A stretch of DNA of 64,000 nt from Pseudomonadota bacterium (GTDB lineage: Bacteria; Myxococcota; JACRCW01; JAFGSX01), in contig JBDRCO010000023.1 in the NCBI GenBank assembly GCA_043821645.1, positions 96,001-160,000 of the forward strand. Reading direction: 5' to 3'. The position numbers were made by a program, and so were the translations under genes. Shown here piece by piece: positions 29,093-38,619 of this stretch; the first letter of the stretch is position 1; every line of letters starts with the position of its first letter. Below the pieces are notes generated by a model. It did no database searches. It had not been told where the DNA came from and saw only the letters and a program-made list of their open reading frames with translations.

Positions 29093-30885
29093 ATCAGCGC
29101 GCGCGGGATCAGAGGCAAGACCCGCTGTTCGAGCACGGCCTCGGTATCCTTGACCGTGGGCAGCCGCAGCAGCTCGTCGACCAGCTGGGTACAGATCTCA
29201 ACCTGCAAGTTTCGAATGACGCTCTTGATGCGCGGCACCGCCAGTGCATGCATGGACAGCTCGCGAAATCCAAGGCCGATCAAGATGGGTGCGTACATGG
29301 GTTCACTGGCCATCTCGCCGCACACGGCCAGCCCGATCCCGGCCTGGGACGCCGCGGTCGCGACACTCCTGAGGGCGCGCAGCACGGAGGTGTGCAAAGG
29401 ACGGTACAGGTAGGCGACCTGGTCGTTGCCCCGATCTGCAGCCAGGATGTACTGCACGAGGTCGTTGGTGCCGACCGAGAAGAAGTCCACCTCGCGAGCC
29501 AGCAGGTCGGCCACCCACACCGCCGAGGGCACCTCGATCATGATGCCCACTGGCACCTTCTCGTCAAAGGGGACACCCTCGCTGCGCAATTGCATCCGGG
29601 TTTGCTCGAGCAGGTCCAGCGCCTCGCGCAGCTCGCCGACACCCGAGATCATGGGGAGCAAGACCCGCACCGGTCCGTGGGCACTGGCCTCGAGGATCCC
29701 TCGAAGTTGATCCATGAACATGGCGTGTTCGCTCAGGGCGTAGCGGATGGCCCGCAGTCCCAGGGCCGGGTTGGCCTCGTGGGGCATGGGGCGCGCGCCA
29801 TGGACCTTGTCACCGCCCATGTCGAAAGTGCGGATGGTCAGCGGCCGTCCCGCGAGATGAGAGATGACGTCGATATAGGCATCCCGATGCGCGCTCGCAC
29901 CCGGGAGTTCGCCGCGCATGAACAGGAATTCGGTGCGCAGCAGGCCCACCCCCTCGACGCCGTGGTGGAGGAGCGACTCCAGTTCTTCACCCAGCTCGAC
30001 GTTGGCCATCAGTGTGACCGGCTCGCCGCAGGCTGTCTCCGTGGGCAGGTACAGATCCCGGTGTAGCTCTTCATCGATGCGGGCGCGCTCCCGGGCCACC
30101 GAGCGGTAGCGCGACAGCACCAGCCGGCCCGGGTGCAGCACGACCTCGCCACTGGAACCGTCCAGGGCAATGATGTCGTTCTGACCCGCGATATCGGCCA
30201 CGTTTCCCGCCGCCACGACGGCGGGAAGCCCGAGGGCACGCGCGAGGATGGCAGTGTGCGAGGTGCGGGCCCCGGCATCCGTGACGAAGCCCACGAGGTG
30301 GTGGCGGATCAGATGCAAGGTGTCCGTGGGACTCAGCTCGTGGGCCACCACGACGGCGTTCTCGGGCACCTCGCGCTCGAGGTCGTCCTGGTCCCCGGAC
30401 AGGGCGCGCAGGATGCGATCGCCCACGAAGTCGATATCGGATCGCCGCTCGCGGAAGTAGTTATCTGCCAGCTCATCGAGCAGGCTGCGGATGTCGCGGA
30501 TGGTGAGTCGGAGCGCCCACTCCGCGCACAGATGCTCGCGCTGGATGCGTGCCGTGGTGCCATCGATGAGCATGGGGTCGCGCAGCATCAGGCGATGGGC
30601 GTCGAGAATGGAAAGGGGCTCGCTCGAGGTCTGGGGTTCCACATCGAGAGCGCCCGGGCGCCGACCACGTTCCTCGATGGTGGCACGGAGTCGCGCGGCC
30701 AGCTCCTCGAGCTGCCCCTCGCTGGCCAGCACCGCGTCGAGAAAGCGCTGGAGTTCCTTCTCGACCTGGCGCGGTCCGATCCGCTGCTTGACGAAGCTGA
30801 CGCGGCGGCGGTCCACCAGAAAGACGCGCCCGATGCCGATGCCCGGAGCCGCACCGACGCCATGAAAGACTGTCCTGCGCGTCAC
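29089..30885 (-). CDS. ptsI: PTS enzyme I (PEP-protein phosphotransferase)
   Basis: TSHTAILARALG phospho-His motif, GVGLLRTEFLF, IRTFDMGGDK, FFSVGTNDL, CGEMA. Confidence 0.95.
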   Translation of the reverse strand: MTRRTVFHGVGAAPGIGIGRVFLVDRRRVSFVKQRIGPRQVEKELQRFLDAVLASEGQLEELAARLRATIEERGRRPGALDVEPQTSSEPLSILDAHRLMLRDPMLIDGTTARIQREHLCAEWALRLTIRDIRSLLDELADNYFRERRSDIDFVGDRILRALSGDQDDLEREVPENAVVVAHELSPTDTLHLIRHHLVGFVTDAGARTSHTAILARALGLPAVVAAGNVADIAGQNDIIALDGSSGEVVLHPGRLVLSRYRSVARERARIDEELHRDLYLPTETACGEPVTLMANVELGEELESLLHHGVEGVGLLRTEFLFMRGELPGASAHRDAYIDVISHLAGRPLTIRTFDMGGDKVHGARPMPHEANPALGLRAIRYALSEHAMFMDQLRGILEASAHGPVRVLLPMISGVGELREALDLLEQTRMQLRSEGVPFDEKVPVGIMIEVPSAVWVADLLAREVDFFSVGTNDLVQYILAADRGNDQVAYLYRPLHTSVLRALRSVATAASQAGIGLAVCGEMASEPMYAPILIGLGFRELSMHALAVPRIKSVIRNLQVEICTQLVDELLRLPTVKDTEAVLEQRVLPLIPRALI

Positions 30886-30887
30886 GA

Positions 30888-31184
30888 CTAGCGGCCTTCT
30901 CCGAAGCGGTTTCGTACCAGGCTTTCGATCGCATCCAGCAGCGCCTCGCGATCGGCTGCGTCGGCACCCACGGCCCGCATCTCGATGTTGGAGCCCTGGC
31001 TGGCGGCCAACATCAGCACACCCATGATGCTCTTGCCATTGACCTCGAGGTCATCGCGGCGCACGAAGAGATCACAGGCATGGCGATTGGCGATCTGCAC
31101 CAGCTGGGCCGCCGCGCGGGCATGCAGCCCCAGTTCGTTGATGATGGTCATCGTCCTGCGGCTCTCGGTCTCGATCTCTGCCAT
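30888..31184 (-). CDS. ptsH: phosphocarrier HPr
   Basis: GLHARAA (His15) and NGKSIMG (Ser46) motifs. Confidence 0.95.
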   Translation of the reverse strand: MAEIETESRRTMTIINELGLHARAAAQLVQIANRHACDLFVRRDDLEVNGKSIMGVLMLAASQGSNIEMRAVGADAADREALLDAIESLVRNRFGEGR

Positions 31185-31242
31185 TCACCCGACTCCTTCC
31201 CCCGGGTGCGTGCGACACTCTGGCGACGGTCAGCCGCCAGCG

Positions 31243-31665
31243 TCAACTCGCCTTGGTTTCGCCGCTCTCGCCGAGCAACTCGCCCGCGATCACCACGTTC
31301 TTGCGTCCGCTGGCAGCCGTGCTTTGCGCCAGAGCCGCCAGGGACTCCACGCGCGCGCGCTGGTTGAGGGCATGCAGGAGCATGGGCATGTTGACGCCGC
31401 TGACCACCTCGACCCGGGTGGGCTCCAGCAAGGTCAGGCTGACGTTGGAGGGTGTCCCGCCGAACATGTCCGTCAATACCAGGACGCCAGAGTTCTCGCC
31501 GAGCTCGGTCATCGCGTCGCGAATGCGCTGCAGGGCCTCATCATGGTTGTCATTCGCGTTGATGGTGACCGCTCGCACCCCCTCCACCTGGCCGAGGATG
31601 CTCTCCGCGCAGCGCAGCAGGGCCGCACCAACATCCCCGTGGGTGACGATCAGGATACCGTGCAT
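31243..31665 (-). CDS. PTS EIIA component, mannose/fructose type
   Basis: ILIVTHG, LTDMFGGTPSN, GVNMPML. Confidence 0.92.
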   Translation of the reverse strand: MHGILIVTHGDVGAALLRCAESILGQVEGVRAVTINANDNHDEALQRIRDAMTELGENSGVLVLTDMFGGTPSNVSLTLLEPTRVEVVSGVNMPMLLHALNQRARVESLAALAQSTAASGRKNVVIAGELLGESGETKAS

Positions 31666-31789
31666 GGTCTTCGTGCCTCGCTCTGCATCTTGGCTCAGGA
31701 TGGCGTGGGTTTCAACGAGGGAACCGGCCTCGACGTGAGGTCCTCACTCCCGGTCCGTACCACGGCCCGGCTCTGCCCCGGCCGCTTCG

Positions 31790-32641
31790 CTACCCATCGG
31801 TCGCTTGCGGCGCCAGGCCGCCTCCGGGTTCAAGCTCCCGGATCCGCACCGGAACGGAGCCCGCCCGCAGCTCCTGGACCAGGGTCCGTGCGAGCTGCAG
31901 AGCTGATCCCTGGCCGTCCGCATTGCCGATGCCCACGCTGAGATAGGCCCTGCCCTCCCGCTGCGCCCTGGGGTGCAGGAATCCGAGCAAGCCGGCCAGA
32001 CGACCGGCCAGGGCCCCGACGTCCTCAATCGAACCTGGCAGGGCCCGGACATCGATCAGGACGCTCGCCTCCGCGGGCAGACCGTCGCCGTAGGCAAAGG
32101 GCACCACGTCGATCGCCAGGGCATCGTCCGTGGTGACTCCGAGCGCGCGCCGGATCGCGCGCCGCAGCTCGTGGACATTGAGATGCGTGGTATCGATGAC
32201 GACGCTGGCCCGTTCGCGGAGGGGAGCCAGGACCTGGCGCTCCCGGACCAGCGCAGCCGCCAGGTCGGTCACTCCGTCGACCAGGGGGTGAGGCCGCCCG
32301 GTGCCCGCGAAGCGGTGATCGAGCTCCGCGTCGTCGGCCTCGAGGAACAGCAGATCCACCCCGTACCCGCGCATGCGCAAGGCGTCGACGAGCGTGGGCA
32401 GCATGGGGACCAGGGCAGGATCCCGCACATCACAGACCGCCGCCAGCCGCTGCAGGGCTCCACCCGCGCGCTGTGCCAGCTCGAGCAACTTCTCAAGCAA
32501 AGGCAGGGGCAGGTTGTCGACGCTCCAGAACTGCAAGTCCTCGAGTGCGTGCATGGCGGTGGACTTGCCAGCGCCCGACAGACCCGTGACGAACACGAAC
32601 CGTGGCATCGGGCGGGACCTCTCCGGTGGGTCGGGGCTCAA
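31790..32641 (-). CDS. rapZ: RapZ/YvcJ-family P-loop protein with degenerate C-terminal domain
   Basis: VTGLSGAGKS, LEDL.F..VDNLP, DVR, RPHPL, IDTT; located in the hprK-PTS operon. Confidence 0.8.
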   Translation of the reverse strand: MSPDPPERSRPMPRFVFVTGLSGAGKSTAMHALEDLQFWSVDNLPLPLLEKLLELAQRAGGALQRLAAVCDVRDPALVPMLPTLVDALRMRGYGVDLLFLEADDAELDHRFAGTGRPHPLVDGVTDLAAALVRERQVLAPLRERASVVIDTTHLNVHELRRAIRRALGVTTDDALAIDVVPFAYGDGLPAEASVLIDVRALPGSIEDVGALAGRLAGLLGFLHPRAQREGRAYLSVGIGNADGQGSALQLARTLVQELRAGSVPVRIRELEPGGGLAPQATDG

Positions 32642-33603
32642 TCGATATCCGTCGCCATGTAGCGTGCCAGACGGTGCGAGGCGAGCACCTTGTTCAGGCG
32701 CTCCTCGAACTCCCGTGCCGAATTGTGGCCCTCGAACTTGAGCAGCTGGTTGCGCGCCGCCACTTCGACGATGGAGGCGATGTTGCGCCCGGGCTGCACG
32801 GGAATGGTGATCAGCGGTACTTCCACGTCGAGGATGGGAAAGCTGCGCTCCTCGATCCCCAGGCGTTCATACTCCTCGTCCTCGCGCCACTGCACCAGCT
32901 CGACCACCAGCTCGATGCGCTTGCGATCCCGGACCGCGGCGATGCCAAGCAGATCCTTGAGATTGAGGATCCCAAGGCCACGAACCTCGATGTGGTGCTT
33001 GACCAGCTCGGCACCCGAGCCGTAGATGATGCTGGGGCCGCGGCGCTTCACGTGCACGACGTCATCCGCCACGAGGCGGTGCCCGCGCATCACCAGATCG
33101 AGGGCGCACTCACTCTTGCCTATACCGCTGCGCCCGAGCAGAAGAACCCCCACACTGAACACCTCGAGCAGCACGCCATGCATGCTGGTCGATGGTGCCA
33201 GGTGTTCGCCCAGAAAAGCTTGCAGGTTGCTGATGAAGGCGCTGGTGAGCAAGGTCGACGAGAACAGCGGGACCGTCTCGCGTTCACAGGCCTCGCGCAG
33301 CTCCGGGGGGACGGTGAGGCCCTTGGTGACCACGACGCAGGCGAGACCCAGGCCGGCGAAGGTATCGCAGGCCCTGCGGCGTGCCTCGACGTCGAGCGAA
33401 CGCAGGTAGGATATCTCGGTGTTGCCAAGAATCTGCACCCGCCGCCGGTGCACGAAGCCGGTGAACCCGGCCAGGGCCAGGCCGTACTTCTGCACGCGGG
33501 TGTGATCGATCACTCGGTCCAGACCCGTGGCGCCGGCGAGCTGGTGCAGGTCCAGGTTGAACTCCCGGTCTCTGGCCAGCTCCTCGACACGAATGGTCAT
33601 CAT
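32638..33603 (-). CDS. hprK: HPr(Ser) kinase/phosphorylase
   Basis: HGVLLEV, GRSGIGKSECALDL, HRLVADD, IEVRGLGI, PGRN. Confidence 0.96.
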   Translation of the reverse strand: MMTIRVEELARDREFNLDLHQLAGATGLDRVIDHTRVQKYGLALAGFTGFVHRRRVQILGNTEISYLRSLDVEARRRACDTFAGLGLACVVVTKGLTVPPELREACERETVPLFSSTLLTSAFISNLQAFLGEHLAPSTSMHGVLLEVFSVGVLLLGRSGIGKSECALDLVMRGHRLVADDVVHVKRRGPSIIYGSGAELVKHHIEVRGLGILNLKDLLGIAAVRDRKRIELVVELVQWREDEEYERLGIEERSFPILDVEVPLITIPVQPGRNIASIVEVAARNQLLKFEGHNSAREFEERLNKVLASHRLARYMATDID

Positions 33604-33673
33604 GCGTGCTGCTCTCCGCTCGACGTCGCCGGCAGCATAGCATCGGCGGCACGCGCCTGACCATGCACAGCCA

Positions 33674-34936
33674 TCAGCGGTGGCGCCCGACCCGGCGCAG
33701 GCCGGGTGCCATGCCTCGCCACAGCGCCAGCGCCAGGGGCGTCCGCGAGCGCTGATCGGCCCCGAGGCACAGCACGTCCACCTGCCCTGCGGTCTCGTCT
33801 CTGTCCGCCATGGCAACGAGGATCTCCTCGCAGCCCAGGGCGGCAGCATAGGCCCCACCGTCCACCGCATCACAGCTTTCAAGCAGCGCAGTGCGGACGT
33901 CGGCGCGCAGGTGCTGCCAGGCCGGGACCGAGCACTGGCGAGCGACCTCGTGGCGGGGCACCTCGCGGGGCAACAGGGCAGACACGGGATCTTCCACGTC
34001 GGGATCCAGGGCCAGGCGATGCCCTTCGGCGTGTCTGAGCAGCGTGGACCTCCAGACGCCGGGCCGCCGGGCCTGCCCCAGAGTCGCGATGACCACCCGC
34101 AGGGGCGGTTCCCGGCCACTCCGAGCCACAGCCTGCAACGCGAGGCGGTGGGGAGGACACACCAGGATCTGGGTGCCATCACGCCGCAGCGCGGTGAGGA
34201 CATTGCGAAGTCGAAGATCCACCGCGGACAGGTCGAGCGCAGCGGGATCGATACGCACGACGGACGCCGGGCCGCGGGTGACGCCACAGAGCGCCTCCTG
34301 GTCGGCACGCTCCTCGCGCAGCCGTGGCTCCAGGGCCAGCAGGTCATCCAGAACGTCGTAGCGATCATCGTCGTCCCGCAGGCTGTCACCGCGCTGAGCC
34401 GCGAAGGCATCGAGGTTCCCGGCCACGTCGCGGACGTAGGGCGACACCACATCGACCACCGGGATGCCCTGGGCAACGAGGAGCAGCCAGCGGCCACGGG
34501 TCGGCACCAGCCCGTCGAGCACGGGCGGTGAAAAGCGCGCACGCAGCGTCGTGCCCTGCACCAGGTCCGCACAGAGCTCGGGGGTCAAGCCGAGGTGAGA
34601 CGTGAGCACACCCACCCGATCGGCGGGCAGGACTTGCAGGGCGTGACTCAGGAGACCCACTGCCTCCGCGGCACGCGCCACCACGGTCGCCGTATCTTCG
34701 GGCCCGCAGTGCCAGGTCACCTCCGCGTCGCCGTGCGCTCCCAGCACCAGGTGCCCCGCGGGCAGTCTCCCCTCGGGCTGGGCGCAGCTGCGGATGCGCT
34801 CCACCAGCGCCTCGACGGCGACAGGTGGCGTTTCCACGAAGAGCGGCGCCAACCTTGCCAGCTCGGTGGCGGTCAGCGCATCGCCATCGACGACGGCCTC
34901 CACCAGGCGCTGCAGTCGGATCAGGGGATCAGACAT
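33674..34936 (-). CDS. hypothetical protein upstream of hprK
   Basis: 420-aa ORF with a GGAG RBS, co-oriented with the PTS operon; no family confidently recognised. Confidence 0.6.
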   Translation of the reverse strand: MSDPLIRLQRLVEAVVDGDALTATELARLAPLFVETPPVAVEALVERIRSCAQPEGRLPAGHLVLGAHGDAEVTWHCGPEDTATVVARAAEAVGLLSHALQVLPADRVGVLTSHLGLTPELCADLVQGTTLRARFSPPVLDGLVPTRGRWLLLVAQGIPVVDVVSPYVRDVAGNLDAFAAQRGDSLRDDDDRYDVLDDLLALEPRLREERADQEALCGVTRGPASVVRIDPAALDLSAVDLRLRNVLTALRRDGTQILVCPPHRLALQAVARSGREPPLRVVIATLGQARRPGVWRSTLLRHAEGHRLALDPDVEDPVSALLPREVPRHEVARQCSVPAWQHLRADVRTALLESCDAVDGGAYAAALGCEEILVAMADRDETAGQVDVLCLGADQRSRTPLALALWRGMAPGLRRVGRHR

Positions 34937-35190
34937 CGCACGCTCCGTGCTGCGCCCGCCGCGAGTGGCTTGACCCGTGCGCAGGGCGCGTGCAGTAATC
35001 TCTCAGGCTCCCGTCGGTGGTGCAAGCTGGCAGGTTTCCACATGGCACGGCCCCCTCAGGTCGTGTCGAGGGACGGGTGGATCCTGGCCAGGCCGGGGTC
35101 AAGCCGGAAGCGCATCGGGACCACCCTCGGTGCTCCCAGGTTCGGTGGCGTCGGCGATGTTGACTGGCGCTCGCGTGAAAGGAGTTCCTC

Positions 35191-36237
35191 ATGGGGGAGC
35201 GGATCGCCGTTTTTGGTGCCGGTAGCTTTGGCACGGCCCTGGCCAAGCTGCTCGCGGAAAACGGCCACACGGTCACGGTGTGGAGCATCGAGGCGGATGT
35301 GGTCGAGGGGATCAACCGCGAGCACAGGAATCCGACCTATCTGAGTCAGGTCAAGCTACCGACGGGGCTGACCGCCACCGGCGAACTCGCCGAGGCTCTC
35401 GACGGCGCGCGTTATGTGGTCTCGGTCGTGCCCTCACACGTGACCCGCGTGACCCTGGAGAAGGCGCTGCCGCACCTGCCGCCCGACGTCATCGTGGTCA
35501 ACGCCGCCAAGGGTATCGAGAACGACTCCCTGATGACCATGGCCGAGGTGTTCGAGTCCCTGCTCCCCCCGGAGTTCCACGAACGAATCGCGCACCTCTC
35601 CGGCCCCACCTTTGCCCTGGAGCTGGCACGACGGATTCCCACCGCGGTGACCGTCGCGTCGCGTCACGAACCCACGGCCGAGAAGGTTCAGCAGCTCATC
35701 AGCACGGACTACTTCCGTGCCTACACCACCACCGATGTGATCGGCGTCGAGCTGTGCGGCTCGGTCAAGAATGTCATCGCCATCGCGGCAGGGTGCGCCG
35801 ACGGCCTGGGCTTCGGCCACAACACGCGAGCGGCACTCATCACCCGAGGCCTCGCCGAGATCACCAGGCTGGCCATCAAGCTCGGTGCCCACCCGTTGAC
35901 CATGGCGGGCCTCGCCGGTGTCGGCGACCTGTTCCTCACCTGCTCGGCTTCGCTGTCACGCAACCGCACGGTGGGCTTCGAACTCGGACAGGGCAAGACC
36001 CTGGACGATATCCTCAAAAATCTCGGCCAGGTGGCAGAGGGCGTGCGCACCGCGCGCAGTGTCCACGATCTGTGCGCCCGCGAGCAGGTGGAAATGCCCA
36101 TCAGCGAGGCCGTCTTCACCTTGCTGTTCGAGCACAAGGATGCCAAGGACGTGGTCTACGAGCTCATGGGGCGCCGCCTCAAGTCCGAGGCCGCGGACCT
36201 GATGGGCGCCCTGCGCCCGGAGACGGCCCCGGCGTGA
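35191..36237 (+). CDS. gpsA: NAD(P)H-dependent glycerol-3-phosphate dehydrogenase
   Basis: GAGSFGTALA, KGIE, SGPTFA, KNVIAIAAG, GLAGVGDL, SRNR. Confidence 0.96.
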   Translation: MGERIAVFGAGSFGTALAKLLAENGHTVTVWSIEADVVEGINREHRNPTYLSQVKLPTGLTATGELAEALDGARYVVSVVPSHVTRVTLEKALPHLPPDVIVVNAAKGIENDSLMTMAEVFESLLPPEFHERIAHLSGPTFALELARRIPTAVTVASRHEPTAEKVQQLISTDYFRAYTTTDVIGVELCGSVKNVIAIAAGCADGLGFGHNTRAALITRGLAEITRLAIKLGAHPLTMAGLAGVGDLFLTCSASLSRNRTVGFELGQGKTLDDILKNLGQVAEGVRTARSVHDLCAREQVEMPISEAVFTLLFEHKDAKDVVYELMGRRLKSEAADLMGALRPETAPA

Positions 36238-36286
36238 GTCGATGGCAGCAGGCGGTATCGACCGGTGCGCCTGCGCGGGAGGTCAC

Positions 36287-36883
36287 ATGACGACACTGTT
36301 GTGCGCGGTTCTGGTCCTGGCAGCGAAACCCGCGCCAAGCTTCGAGACACTCAAGGATGGCGCCGCAGTGCTGGAGAGACCCGGCGCTGCCACCGCAGCC
36401 CTGGTCGGCGAGTGCTCCCAGGACGATCCCGAACTCCAGATCCAGTGCCAGGAAAACATCAAGACAGCGCGCCAGGATCACCTGGACAAGCGTTACTACA
36501 TCGACCTCGGAGCCGGACACCAGGATCTGCTCGCCTTCGAGGCCCTTCGAGGCAGCAGTGCACGCTTCTTGTGGGTTCCCATGTATGACCCCGGCAATGG
36601 TCTGGCGCTGACCGCCGTCAAGCCGGGTGCGCTCACCAAGGACGGATGGCCGGTCCTCAAGAAGAAGGTGCTCGACGGCGCCGCACCCAAGGGACAGCTC
36701 GCTTCCGACCTGACCAGGCTCGCGCGGCTGGGTCAGATCAACATCGAGATCATCGGCCGCTTCGGCAAGACCTGGGCTCTGACCCACAAGGGCAAGAAGG
36801 TCCAGGGCGTGGTTTTCGAGATCCAGGCGGTGCGGCTTTCGCAGGCACGCACCGGCGAGACTGTCATCGAGACGCTATATTGA
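36287..36883 (+). CDS. exported hypothetical protein (resembles myxobacterial DUF6066-type proteins)
   Basis: Signal peptide and a Cys pair (VGEC...QC); family assignment is from memory only. Confidence 0.6.
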   Translation: MTTLLCAVLVLAAKPAPSFETLKDGAAVLERPGAATAALVGECSQDDPELQIQCQENIKTARQDHLDKRYYIDLGAGHQDLLAFEALRGSSARFLWVPMYDPGNGLALTAVKPGALTKDGWPVLKKKVLDGAAPKGQLASDLTRLARLGQINIEIIGRFGKTWALTHKGKKVQGVVFEIQAVRLSQARTGETVIETLY

Positions 36884-36949
36884 CCCGTGTCGCGTCGCCC
36901 CGAAGAGGACGACGCCTTGTTCCATTCCTAGCGGGGGAGAGGCCGCCTC

Positions 36950-37489
36950 ATGGCCCAGCGTGAGATCTTGATCTGGCCGGACCCGCGTCTCAAAAAAGTC
37001 TCCGAGCCTGTACGTGTCTTCGACGACGAGTTGCATGCGCTGGCCGATGACATGTTGCAGACCATGTACAGCGAGGACGGCATCGGTCTCGCCGCGCCGC
37101 AAATCGGGGTGCACCGGCGGATGATCGTCATCGACATCTTCGCCGGTCGCGAGGAGCGTCCCGCGGATGCGGTTCCCCTGGTCGTGATCAACCCCGAGTT
37201 CCTGGACAAGAGCGGCACCATCGTGTGGGAGGAGGGTTGTCTGTCTGTCCCCGGCGAGACCGGCGAGATCAAGCGGGCCCGTCAGGTCCGGGTGCGCTAT
37301 CAGGATCTGGAGGGTGCCACCCAGGAGATCGAGGCCCAGGACCTGCTGGCGGTGGCCCTCCAGCACGAGACCGATCACCTCGACGGTCTGCTGTTCGTGG
37401 ATCACCTGTCCAAGCTCAAGCGCGACGTCATCCGCCGCAAGATGCAGCGCCTGAAAGAAGAGCTGGAAGAAGAGCAGGCCGCGGGCTGA
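36950..37489 (+). CDS. def: peptide deformylase
   Basis: GIGLAAPQIG, EGCLS, QHETDHL. Confidence 0.97.
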   Translation: MAQREILIWPDPRLKKVSEPVRVFDDELHALADDMLQTMYSEDGIGLAAPQIGVHRRMIVIDIFAGREERPADAVPLVVINPEFLDKSGTIVWEEGCLSVPGETGEIKRARQVRVRYQDLEGATQEIEAQDLLAVALQHETDHLDGLLFVDHLSKLKRDVIRRKMQRLKEELEEEQAAG

Positions 37490-37499
37490 CAGCCCTGAC

Positions 37500-38339
37500 T
37501 CACATCACCACGAGTTCCATGGAGCTGTCGATGATCAGCGCCGACCCCTTCTCGAGGCGCTGCCAGCTCTCGGGAAAGTCGTGCACATCCGAGGCCACGA
37601 AGATGCCGCGGAAGCGCTGGTGGGATTCCCGCACACCAAAGGACACGTCCTCGTCGCGGCCACCGGCATAGCACAGCTCGCAATCCGGAATGCTGTCGCG
37701 CTGGGAATAGGCCACAGGCTCGCCCTGCCGCAGCACGAACATGCGGTGGCCATCCGTGGTGATCACGTTGGGCCCGCACACTTCCTGGATGCCGAGTTCG
37801 CCGGCCATGGCGTGGGCCTCCTCCAGGGTCGAGCGCAGGGCGGCCAGGGCGCCACTCGGATCACGGCTCCCATCCAGCTGATCCGCCTCGTGCAGACGCC
37901 ACAGAAACCGGTGAAAGAGTGCTTCCGCGCAGGTGTACCCCTGCACATCACGACGCAGGAAGTCGGGTATGCCGTCGAGCAGCCGCAAGCGGACTTCCTC
38001 CTGCTGACCCTCGCCCGGTGGCAGGCCACCGGTCATGGCCATCGCCCACTGCCGCAACTTGAAGGGCTGCAGGTCCCGCGCCGGAACCTTGGGCGGCTCC
38101 TCGGGGAAGGTGTGTGCCAGCACAACGCGGGAGTGCAGACCACCCACAAAGGACGCAAAGGGCTGCGCCTGGGTCGTCACGCTCGGCCGGCGATTGAGAA
38201 GCACGGCGTCGTCGGTGTAGTGGGCCACACCGTATCCCTGGCCCTGACCTGCCACGAGGGTCGTGCGCAGCTGATGCAGGGCACAGGCGAGGCGCTCGCG
38301 GTCGGTTCCGACATAGCCGACCATCCGACAGCTGACCAT
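37500..38339 (-). CDS. class II glutamine amidotransferase-like (EgtC/YafJ-type Ntn fold) protein
   Basis: CRMVGY, GYGVAHY, LAH, QPFK..W, G.T..E..F motifs, several of them degenerate. Confidence 0.7.
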   Translation of the reverse strand: MVSCRMVGYVGTDRERLACALHQLRTTLVAGQGQGYGVAHYTDDAVLLNRRPSVTTQAQPFASFVGGLHSRVVLAHTFPEEPPKVPARDLQPFKLRQWAMAMTGGLPPGEGQQEEVRLRLLDGIPDFLRRDVQGYTCAEALFHRFLWRLHEADQLDGSRDPSGALAALRSTLEEAHAMAGELGIQEVCGPNVITTDGHRMFVLRQGEPVAYSQRDSIPDCELCYAGGRDEDVSFGVRESHQRFRGIFVASDVHDFPESWQRLEKGSALIIDSSMELVVM

Positions 38340-38619
38340 CTCGCATCCTCTTGTCCGGTGTCACTGGCGCGTCGACCGTGACAGCGTACTCTCACTCATG
38401 GTAGCGCGCACGATGCAGGGCCGCAATACAAGCTCCGGCACCCTTCCGCGTGCCAGGACCTTTTGCTAGCATGCGCCGGCGAGGGGAAACCTGCCCGCGA
38501 ACCACCACACGCGTGGGCGGGTTCACGGATTCCCGTGAAGCTCTTTGCTCGCACGAGCGACCGCCGGCGGCGGCACAGAGTGTGACCAGCAGGACGCGCC
38601 ACCGAGAACGAGGGTGACT

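Noticed and set aside
29089-33603. Sugar-transporting PTS
   Set aside because: No EIIB/EIIC/EIID genes; this is the common regulatory hprK-rapZ-EIIA-HPr-EI cluster.
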